Shown here piece after piece: positions 36,487 to 43,955 of a stretch of DNA of 64,000 bases. A model generated the notes under the pieces. That model was not told where the DNA came from. It did no database searches and was given only the letters and a program-made list of their open reading frames with translations. Source of the stretch: a virus (Duplodnaviria; Caudoviricetes); the IMG/VR virus record IMGVR_UViG_3300032216_000679, positions 7,408-71,407 of that record. The stretch is one strand, 5' to 3'. The translations under genes and the position numbers were made by a program. Every line of letters starts with the position of its first letter. Within the stretch, counting starts at the first letter, position 1.

Positions 36487-37877
36487 TTACCAATGATGGC
36501 AAAGAAATTATTGCAAAGTTTCTTTTAGGCCAAGTACCATCTTTTGCCACCCATCTTTCTATTGGCTGCGGGGCCACTCCGTTATTGGGAACAGATGGGT
36601 ATCCATCAAACTTACATGCAAAACAAAGAATGGACTTTGAAATGTTGAGAGTCCCCATTTCCTCTAAAGGATTTGTTGATGCGTCTGTTACATACACTGT
36701 TACAAATAAGCAAATTTCATCAAATATTGCAATTCTTACTACATCAATAAATCATGATATTGTCGCGGGGGAGATAATCGTTGTATCTGGAATTGATTCA
36801 GTATTTAATGGAGAATACAGAGTATCAGAAGTAACAGCCAATACTGTTAAATATCAAAGAATAAATACAAATGTATCATCTGGAGCAACATCTGGATCTA
36901 TTGTTGTAATTAGAACAAAAGTTTCTATGACAGCAGAAATAGTAAAGGAGAATAGATACGCTGCCACAGAAATTGGAATATGGTCTTTTGAAAACAACAC
37001 ATTGGCATCACAATATGATAGTAGGATGATTTTTAATTTTTCTCAATCTTGGCAAAAAAATGATGGACTTATCTCATCCATCCCTCTCTTCAATACAGAT
37101 CTAAGTTTGCTTGCTAATGGAACAGAGCACGATGCTGAACTAGACATACAAGAAACTTCTGATGTATTTTTTGCAAAAACAAGCGATACCGTATTTTCTA
37201 ATAATCTTCGTCAGACAAGAAAAGAAGGTCCTAGATATCTTGACAAGACGTTGATGGTTAGGGGAGATTTATCTAATATTGATATTAGCGATGGGATAGA
37301 CGGAGACTGGGTTTCTTCAGGTGCATGTGTTGAACTTGAAAATATTAACTTTGATATATCTGGAAATAATAATTCAGATATATTAAAACTAGCATTCTCT
37401 TTGGTAGATCAAACATCGACTGGCATAGAGTCAGTTCCAGATTTAAGAATTATGATGGAATTCTATAAGACTAAGGCAAATCTATCTGGAAACTATGCAA
37501 AGGTACAAATATATATTCCTAAATCAGTTTTGACTGCAAATAGATATCACGTTTCATCATGGACAAAAAATCAAAATGTTGATTATAGCAATGAGGCGGC
37601 CAGTTCATTATTGCCATATACAAGGTTCCGCACCTCAACAGATTTTAACTCATCAGAAACTCGTTTATGCAGAATCTTTGTTGAAGCAATTGCCGATGGA
37701 GTTGCATCTGATCAGCACTATGTTGCATTCGATGGATTTAGAATTGATAATACAACAGATAATCCCATATACAAAATGTCTGGATATTCAGTTGTAAAAT
37801 ATGATGGCACCCCAGCAATCATTGCTCCCAATGCAAATAACTATGTAGATTTTAGATTCTCACTTGGGATATCATAA
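36483..37877 (+). CDS. minor tail protein
   Basis: MITNDGKEIIAKFLLGQ...LSIGCG...MDFEMLRVPI...TEIGIW pattern typical of baseplate/fibre-associated proteins. Confidence 0.55.
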   Translation: MITNDGKEIIAKFLLGQVPSFATHLSIGCGATPLLGTDGYPSNLHAKQRMDFEMLRVPISSKGFVDASVTYTVTNKQISSNIAILTTSINHDIVAGEIIVVSGIDSVFNGEYRVSEVTANTVKYQRINTNVSSGATSGSIVVIRTKVSMTAEIVKENRYAATEIGIWSFENNTLASQYDSRMIFNFSQSWQKNDGLISSIPLFNTDLSLLANGTEHDAELDIQETSDVFFAKTSDTVFSNNLRQTRKEGPRYLDKTLMVRGDLSNIDISDGIDGDWVSSGACVELENINFDISGNNNSDILKLAFSLVDQTSTGIESVPDLRIMMEFYKTKANLSGNYAKVQIYIPKSVLTANRYHVSSWTKNQNVDYSNEAASSLLPYTRFRTSTDFNSSETRLCRIFVEAIADGVASDQHYVAFDGFRIDNTTDNPIYKMSGYSVVKYDGTPAIIAPNANNYVDFRFSLGIS

Positions 37878-38368
37878 TGTCAAAAAAGATATCCATTCCA
37901 TTTAATACTTTGCCATATCCCAATAGCAATGATTCTTTATATTATTTAAGATATAGACTAATAAAGAATTCAAATAATCAATTTTCTGAATGGAGCAATA
38001 TTTATGCTGTGGGTGGCAACATATCTTACGATGTTACAGGAGGAAATGTTACAGGATCTTGGTCTGGAGATCTATTGTCAATTTCTTGGAATTATGCAAA
38101 TATTGTTAAAGATGGAAACAGTGATAACCCAATAAGCAAATTAGATTCTTACGATCTTTGGATAAGATGGGGCACAGTTGTATATGACGATATTGATGCG
38201 GGTACTTGGGAAAGGCTAGCAAGAATATCTGGAACCTCTGCAAACATCACCATTCCAACAGGAAAAAATCATTTTAGCATAGAAGTCTACAGGCCAGGAA
38301 CTCCAGTTATTCGTAGTTCTACAAACAACTTCTTATTATATTCATCATATGACGAACCACTATCCTAG
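37877..38368 (+). CDS. minor tail protein, Ig/FN3-like
   Basis: YYLRYRL...FSEWSNIY; beta-rich. Confidence 0.45.
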   Translation: MSKKISIPFNTLPYPNSNDSLYYLRYRLIKNSNNQFSEWSNIYAVGGNISYDVTGGNVTGSWSGDLLSISWNYANIVKDGNSDNPISKLDSYDLWIRWGTVVYDDIDAGTWERLARISGTSANITIPTGKNHFSIEVYRPGTPVIRSSTNNFLLYSSYDEPLS

Positions 38369-38377
38369 TGCTATAAT
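38369..38377 (+). promoter_or_regulatory. extended -10 TGCTATAAT, 6 nt before ATG (leaderless)
   Basis: motif and spacing. Confidence 0.7.
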
Positions 38378-38383
38378 TAAGTC

Positions 38384-38827
38384 ATGGGAAAAATATCTTT
38401 GCCAGACCGTGGGCAGCCATTAGATGTTACATATTTATATCAAATTGCTAACGCAATAAATGATGTTTCAAATGAAATTTCTTCAGCAACATACAATTAC
38501 ACAACAGTAAAAACAAGAGATGCTGGAAATCAGGTTATTCAAACTCGTGCAGCAAGAATTGTTGCTGGTTTCGTTGATGTTGTTTTAAATGAATCTGTAA
38601 CAGAAGGTCAGACAAAGCCTTTCACATTTTCATACTCCTCAGACTTTAAATATCCACCTATTGCAACTGCAACAGTTGTTAATACAGGTACAAGCGACGT
38701 TGGAGACAATGTTACCGTTGTCATTAGATCAATAACAACCTCGGCAGTAGAAGGAATTGTTAAGTTTAATTCTGCTGGACAAGTTACCACAACAGTAAAT
38801 ATTACCGCCATTGGCATTCCTACATGA
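38384..38827 (+). CDS. hypothetical virion protein, H-type lectin-like C-terminus
   Basis: FSYSSDFKYPPIATATV...VNITAIG pattern. Confidence 0.45.
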   Translation: MGKISLPDRGQPLDVTYLYQIANAINDVSNEISSATYNYTTVKTRDAGNQVIQTRAARIVAGFVDVVLNESVTEGQTKPFTFSYSSDFKYPPIATATVVNTGTSDVGDNVTVVIRSITTSAVEGIVKFNSAGQVTTTVNITAIGIPT

Positions 38828-38833
38828 TATAAT
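38825..38833 (+). promoter_or_regulatory. extended -10 TGATATAAT, 8 nt before ATG; opens the replication module
   Basis: motif overlaps the upstream stop codon. Confidence 0.65.
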
Positions 38834-38841
38834 TCACTGTT

Positions 38842-39036
38842 ATGTTATTCTGTAAGCGTTGCGGCGGCAGAATGTTTGTAGATCGTGCCTACAATGCATT
38901 AAATCATATAGAAATATTTTGCGTGTGCTGTGGGCACCGAAAATTTCATCATAACTTTGGACCAGATGATAAGGAAGCGCAATGGCTACTCTTGATGGAG
39001 AAGATAAGGGCCAAGATAACAATATCGTCCCTATAA
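38842..39036 (+). CDS. small zinc-ribbon protein
   Basis: CKRCGG...CVCCG. Confidence 0.7.
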   Translation: MLFCKRCGGRMFVDRAYNALNHIEIFCVCCGHRKFHHNFGPDDKEAQWLLLMEKIRAKITISSL

Positions 39037-39524
39037 GAAGGCCAAGAAGAAAGACTTGGTTTCTTAATGGCGAGTTAGTTAGAATTACCCATACCTCCCG
39101 TGCTGCTGGAATTGTTACTTTATATAACTGTACACGCGGAATAACTATGACGACTACTGTTGTAGAGTTTAAAAAGAAAAGAAAACGTGCTTTTACTGTA
39201 ACTGAAACTGCCCAGTTATTAAATTATCATAGAAAAAGTATGCCAAGATTAGTTAAAAGAGGAATGATTCCACCTCCCGTGGGGGAACTTGTTGGGGGTC
39301 AAGTTGCATGGCATTACTTGTCATATTATTCAGAAGACACTATAATAGAAGCAAGAAAACTGATGGCTCAAACACATCACGGCAAAGCAAGGAAAGATGG
39401 GCTTGTCACAAATAATAAAGTTCCTACTGAACAAGAGTTGCGTTATGCAATGGGTGATGGTATGATGATGTACGTTAAAAATGAGCAGGGACAATTTATC
39501 CCTGTCTTTTCAGAAACACTATAG
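38982..39524 (+). CDS. putative DNA-binding protein (MerR/excisionase-like HTH)
   Basis: FTVTETAQLLNYHRKSMPRLVKRGMIPPP. Confidence 0.55.
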   Translation: MATLDGEDKGQDNNIVPIRRPRRKTWFLNGELVRITHTSRAAGIVTLYNCTRGITMTTTVVEFKKKRKRAFTVTETAQLLNYHRKSMPRLVKRGMIPPPVGELVGGQVAWHYLSYYSEDTIIEARKLMAQTHHGKARKDGLVTNNKVPTEQELRYAMGDGMMMYVKNEQGQFIPVFSETL

Positions 39525-39539
39525 CCGAAAGGATTTTCA

Positions 39540-39737
39540 ATGGAGCCAACTAAGGTTTCGTGGTCGCTTGGGTATACCCTAAATACAGGAAATTTCCAGT
39601 CCCTAAGGCTGGATTGTCAAGTAAGTGACTTTGTACGAGATGATGAAACTACTAAGCAGGCATCAGATCGTGTTTATCAATTTGTAGAGACTCAACTTGT
39701 TGAGAAGTTGAACGAGGCCAAGGAGGAATTGGCATGA
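39540..39737 (+). CDS. hypothetical protein
   Basis: SD AAAGGA; LGYTLNTGNFQSLRLD; translational coupling. Confidence 0.7.
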   Translation: MEPTKVSWSLGYTLNTGNFQSLRLDCQVSDFVRDDETTKQASDRVYQFVETQLVEKLNEAKEELA

Positions 39738-39925
39738 ACAAGAAGAGATATGTTGCACATTCAGAGGACCCACTAGTTCTCTGTTCGTATGGAAGTAGTC
39801 CCGCAGAAGCATTTAAGCAAATGTCTAAGATGCTTGAAGAGGTTAAGGCTGATTGGTTTTCAGCAGCATCGGTCAATGTCCTTGAAGATAGCAAAGATCA
39901 GTTTGCTTTAACAGTTTATATTTAA
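39734..39925 (+). CDS. hypothetical protein
   Basis: SD AAGGAGG; ATGA overlap. Confidence 0.65.
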   Translation: MNKKRYVAHSEDPLVLCSYGSSPAEAFKQMSKMLEEVKADWFSAASVNVLEDSKDQFALTVYI

Positions 39926-39933
39926 GGAGAAAA

Positions 39934-40254
39934 GTGGTAGATCGAAAAGATAGGTTTGTTTTACTAAGCCTATTTGAAAAGCATTGTAGGCTTAAAGGTA
40001 TGGATAAGCCTAACTTGAATAAAAACAAGGAGCAATGGGCAGCAGATGCCTTGCTTGAGTCGTTTACATTTGACGAACTTGACAATGCTATGCGATACTA
40101 CTTCAGGGTTAGCGTAAAGCCAACTTGGTCTTGGTACTCAAACAATGTAGAAAAGATAATTAGTGCTACTGAGGTTGATCGTCAGGATAAAGAATTTAGA
40201 GCAGAGATGCGTGAGAAAGCAAAGGAGTGGTTAAATGAGCAATATAGAGGCTAA
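39934..40254 (+). CDS. hypothetical protein, possible helicase loader
   Basis: SD AAGGAG; directly upstream of the helicase. Confidence 0.6.
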   Translation: MVDRKDRFVLLSLFEKHCRLKGMDKPNLNKNKEQWAADALLESFTFDELDNAMRYYFRVSVKPTWSWYSNNVEKIISATEVDRQDKEFRAEMREKAKEWLNEQYRG

Positions 40255-41449
40255 GACAATATCTGCGGTACTAAATGACAAGCAGGTACATATTTTGCTA
40301 CAAGCAAACGTAGACACTCTTTTGCGTACTCATAATGATGTATGGGGCTTTGTTCGTTCCTATTATGAGCAGAATCAATCAGTACCTCCAGTAAATATTG
40401 TAAAGAACGAGTTTACTGACTTTGAATATTTTTCAGATACTGGAGCAACAAAACATCATCTTGAAGAACTAAGGCATGAGTATCTGAATGATAATATTAG
40501 GTTAATGCTTAGATCTGCTGCATCTGATCTTCAGGGCGGCAGGGGCATGGATGCACTTAATAATCTTATTAATGAGACAGCAAATATTAAAAGGGTAACG
40601 TCTACTGTTCGTGATCTAGACGTTACCAATATTGATGATGCTGTTGCACACTTTGAGAATATCAAAAAAATGCAGGAAGAAGGAGTTCATGGAATCTATA
40701 CAGGACTTGCAGGATTCGACAACTACTTACCAGCGGGTATCACCCCTGGGCAATTTGGGGTACTTCTGGCTTATCCTGCTATTGGTAAATCTTGGATGGC
40801 TTTGTATCTCGCTGTTCAGGCTTGGAAAAATGGAAAGTCACCGCTCGTCGTATCCTTGGAAATGACAGAAACAGAGGTAAGAAACAGAGTATATACAATC
40901 CTTGGTCAGGGATTTTGGAGTCACAGAAAACTTTCTAGTGGTCAAGTAGAAACTGATATGTTTAAGAAGTGGGCCTCTAAATTGTTTGAGGGTAAGTCTT
41001 CTTTCAATATCATTTCTAATGACGGTATGGGTGAAGTATCTCCAAGCGTATTGCGTGGAAAGATTGATCAATATAATCCAGATATTGTATTTGTTGATTA
41101 TCTCAATCTTATGACTTCAAATACTAGAACAGATAATGAAGTTGTGAAGATGAAGAATCTTAGTCGTGAACTTAAGTTGCTTGCTATCTCTGAGAATATT
41201 CCCTTGGTTGCTATCTCCTCTGCTACCCCAGATGATGTTACGGACATGAACAGTGTGCCAACACTTGGACAAACTTCTTGGTCACGACAGATTGCTTACG
41301 ATGCAGACTGGCTTCTTGCCCTTGGTCGTGCTCCTAACAGTGATGTTCTGGAAGCGGTATTTAGAAAGAACAGAAATGGATTTCTTGGCGAGTTTTATGT
41401 TCAGGTGGATTTCGACAGTGGTCGATTTATTTACAAAGACATGGAATAA
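40235..41449 (+). CDS. dnaB: replicative DNA helicase, DnaB family
   Basis: LAYPAIGKS Walker A, SLEM, IVFVDYLNLM, SRELKLLA, IAYDAD, KNRNG. Confidence 0.92.
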   Translation: MSNIEAKTISAVLNDKQVHILLQANVDTLLRTHNDVWGFVRSYYEQNQSVPPVNIVKNEFTDFEYFSDTGATKHHLEELRHEYLNDNIRLMLRSAASDLQGGRGMDALNNLINETANIKRVTSTVRDLDVTNIDDAVAHFENIKKMQEEGVHGIYTGLAGFDNYLPAGITPGQFGVLLAYPAIGKSWMALYLAVQAWKNGKSPLVVSLEMTETEVRNRVYTILGQGFWSHRKLSSGQVETDMFKKWASKLFEGKSSFNIISNDGMGEVSPSVLRGKIDQYNPDIVFVDYLNLMTSNTRTDNEVVKMKNLSRELKLLAISENIPLVAISSATPDDVTDMNSVPTLGQTSWSRQIAYDADWLLALGRAPNSDVLEAVFRKNRNGFLGEFYVQVDFDSGRFIYKDME

Positions 41450-41458
41450 TCAAAATCA

Positions 41459-41467
41459 TGATATACT
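41459..41467 (+). promoter_or_regulatory. extended -10 TGATATACT, 6 nt before ATG 41474 (leaderless)
   Basis: motif and spacing. Confidence 0.6.
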
Positions 41468-41473
41468 ATGATT

Positions 41474-41941
41474 ATGAAATTGTGTAAGCGTTGTGAAGAA
41501 ATAAAACCGTTTTCAGAATATTTTGTAAATTTAAAAAGAAAAGACGGCGTTCAAACATATTGTAAGCCATGTCATCTTGAATATGGTCGGCAGCGATATG
41601 CAAATCCAGAAGCCTACGCTCGTAGGCAAATGAACCGTGACGAATATTCAAAACGTAGAAAGGCTTCTGGAAGAAAATGGTATCTAAAGTCAATTTATAA
41701 ATTAACAGAAGATGAGTATCAAAAGTTATATGATAGCCAAGAGGGAAAATGCTGGATTTGCAATGAAAGAAAAAATTATTATCTTCATGTAGATCATGAT
41801 CATTCTTGTTGTGCAAAAGAAAAAAGTTGTGGCAAATGTATACGAGGGTTGCTTTGTTATAGTTGCAACTCCTTGCTAGGTTATGCAAAAGACAATAAAG
41901 AAATTCTTAAGTCTGCACTTAAATATTTAGAAATTAAGTAA
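41474..41941 (+). CDS. endonuclease VII-family HNH endonuclease (probable homing endonuclease)
   Basis: CKRC...CKPC N-terminal zinc module; QEGKCWIC, LHVDHDH, IRGLLCYSCNSLLG. Confidence 0.85.
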   Translation: MKLCKRCEEIKPFSEYFVNLKRKDGVQTYCKPCHLEYGRQRYANPEAYARRQMNRDEYSKRRKASGRKWYLKSIYKLTEDEYQKLYDSQEGKCWICNERKNYYLHVDHDHSCCAKEKSCGKCIRGLLCYSCNSLLGYAKDNKEILKSALKYLEIK

Positions 41942-41956
41942 AGATTTTGAATAACT

Positions 41957-41965
41957 TGATATAAT
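41957..41965 (+). promoter_or_regulatory. extended -10 TGATATAAT, 6 nt before ATG (leaderless)
   Basis: motif and spacing. Confidence 0.7.
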
Positions 41966-41971
41966 TAGTGC

Positions 41972-42289
41972 ATGAGTTTCATGCATAAAAGAATAAAAAG
42001 ATTTTATCTAGATGGAGTAATCTACGATGATTCTGCTATTCCAAGATTGCGTGAAAATTATATTAATTTATTAAAAATATCAATGAGATTAGAAGGTTAC
42101 GCCCCTCGCGTAGATATTGACCCAGATTTCTCAATAGAATATAATGGATCATCTTATAACTTTATACTTAGTGTTTACGGATCATTTATCGGAAAGAAGA
42201 ATGCCTCATGTATCGAAGGACTGGACAAAAACAGGGCGATATATATACCCCAGAGCAAGTGCGAAGAATCATCACAGGCTCAGGTTTAG
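41972..42289 (+). CDS. hypothetical protein upstream of the primase
   Basis: 105-aa ORF with its own promoter. Confidence 0.7.
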   Translation: MSFMHKRIKRFYLDGVIYDDSAIPRLRENYINLLKISMRLEGYAPRVDIDPDFSIEYNGSSYNFILSVYGSFIGKKNASCIEGLDKNRAIYIPQSKCEESSQAQV

Positions 42290-43152
42290 ACGTACAATCT
42301 GAGTTTGATGGATGGTATGTGGTTTATTGTCCATACCATAATAATTATCGAACACCGTCGGCAGAAGTATCAAAAGAAAATGGGAACATCTTTTGCTTTT
42401 CCTGTCAGGAATCAAAATCATTAGTAGAACTTGTAATGTTTCTTACAAAGAAAACATTCTTTGAGGCTGCCAGATTCATTGATTCGATGAAAACAGATTC
42501 TGATATTACAGATGTTTTAGATAACATGCTTAAGGTTGAGCCAGAGTACGAGCCCTATGATGAGTTAATGATTAAGAGACTTCATTCTCAGGCTTTAAAT
42601 TCTCCTAGAGCAATGAGATATTATGAGGGCAGGAGAATTTCAGCAGAGTCAATAAACAAATTTTCTTTGGGGTACAGTGAGAATCAAGATATGATTATCA
42701 TACCGATGATGAATCCTGCTGGAACGATGTTTGTTGGATTTGTTGCAAGAAGTGTTGAGGGAAAAGATTTTAAGAATACTCCCAAACTTCCTAAGTCTAA
42801 GATTCTATTTAATCTCAATCGTGCAAAGAAATACGACACAGTTTATGTTGTCGAATCATCATTTGATGCAATAAGACTAGATCAAAATGGTATTGCGGCA
42901 GTTGCTACATTAGGAGCAAATGTCTCAAGAACTCAGATAGATCTATTAGTAAAATATTTTAACAACATCATTGTCATAGGAGATAATGATGATGCGGGTA
43001 AGAGTATGCAGGAGAAGATACTTGACAAAGTTGGTAATCGTGCTACACTTATCTCCATACCGTCACGGTTCAAAGATATCGGAGATATGACAGACAACGA
43101 TATTAAAGAACTAACTACTAGGATTGACGACCCGCTACTAGCAATGTATTAG
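42208..43152 (+). CDS. dnaG: DNA primase (Zn finger plus TOPRIM)
   Basis: CPYH...CFSC; VYVVESSFDA; IGDNDDAG; KDIGD. Confidence 0.9.
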   Translation: MYRRTGQKQGDIYTPEQVRRIITGSGLDVQSEFDGWYVVYCPYHNNYRTPSAEVSKENGNIFCFSCQESKSLVELVMFLTKKTFFEAARFIDSMKTDSDITDVLDNMLKVEPEYEPYDELMIKRLHSQALNSPRAMRYYEGRRISAESINKFSLGYSENQDMIIIPMMNPAGTMFVGFVARSVEGKDFKNTPKLPKSKILFNLNRAKKYDTVYVVESSFDAIRLDQNGIAAVATLGANVSRTQIDLLVKYFNNIIVIGDNDDAGKSMQEKILDKVGNRATLISIPSRFKDIGDMTDNDIKELTTRIDDPLLAMY

Positions 43153-43161
43153 GAGAGTATT

Positions 43162-43824
43162 ATGGGAATTGTAAAGGGACTTAAGGCAATGGAAAAGGCA
43201 ATTGATGCCCCCAGAGCAAGTATGGATAGCAATGGACTAAAGGTTCGTTGGCTAAAGGTTGAGGACAACCAGAGTGTCAAGGTTCGTTTTATTAACGAAC
43301 TTGATGAGGATTCACCAAATTACAACGAGAGCCGTGATCTTGCTATCGTTGTTTCAGAACACACAAATCCAAAGGATTACAAGCGCAAGGCTGTTTGCAC
43401 TATGGACTCAGAAGGCCGCTGCTTTGGATGTGAGATGGCTCGTAAGGAGCCTAAGAGTGGATGGCGTGCTCGTTTGCGCTTCTATACAAATCTTCTTGTT
43501 GATGACGGCATTGAGGACCCATATGTCGCCGTATGGTCACAGGGAGTGGGAAAGCAGTCTGCTTTCAACACCATTCGTGAATATGTTATGGATACGGGTA
43601 GCGTAAGCAACCTTACATGGCGCATGAAGCGTCAGGGATCAGGAACGGACACGACCTATGTCCTTCTTCCTACAGGTCCAGACAAGGAACCCTTTGATTG
43701 GAATGGCGTTGAGCCCTTCAATCTTGAGAAGGTAGTTCGTGAACTCCCTTACTCTGAGCAGGAATCCTTTTATCTTGGATTTGATGGACCCGCATCAGCA
43801 AGTAACAATAACATTGAGTGGTAA
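43162..43824 (+). CDS. single-stranded DNA-binding protein (gp32-like)
   Basis: EH...C...CFGC metal site; acidic C-terminus ending in W; lies between primase and polymerase. Confidence 0.75.
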   Translation: MGIVKGLKAMEKAIDAPRASMDSNGLKVRWLKVEDNQSVKVRFINELDEDSPNYNESRDLAIVVSEHTNPKDYKRKAVCTMDSEGRCFGCEMARKEPKSGWRARLRFYTNLLVDDGIEDPYVAVWSQGVGKQSAFNTIREYVMDTGSVSNLTWRMKRQGSGTDTTYVLLPTGPDKEPFDWNGVEPFNLEKVVRELPYSEQESFYLGFDGPASASNNNIEW

Positions 43825-43830
43825 TTAGTC

Positions 43831-43932
43831 GTGGGGGAGGCACGCTGTTCGTGCAAAAGGATTTCGCTTAGGATGGTTGTAGTTAACTAGTAGTTCTGGT
43901 TGAGATTCCTACACAGAAGTTGCCTCCCCCAC
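43831..43932 (+). ncRNA. candidate structured RNA (rod-like hairpin) between ssb and dnaE
   Basis: perfect 12-bp closing stem GTGGGGGAGGCA/TGCCTCCCCCAC plus nested helices CTGT/ACAG, AGGATTTC/GAGATTCCT and AGGAT/GTTCT. Confidence 0.45.
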
Positions 43933-43955
43933 CCCCTATCTTTGAAAGGATTGTT

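Noticed and set aside
43870-43915. tRNA-like look of the inner part of the ssb-dnaE element (GTAGTTAACTAG...GGTTGAGATTCC)
   Set aside because: It has no anticodon arm, no TTC T-loop and no 7-bp acceptor stem, so it was not called a tRNA. It is kept only as part of the structured-RNA candidate.
43920-43955. Poly-proline N-terminus (MPPPPP) of DnaE in the ORF track
   Set aside because: It is the C-rich 3' arm of the upstream inverted repeat read from a TTG. The SD GAAAGGA points to GTG 43956, right at the PHP motif.
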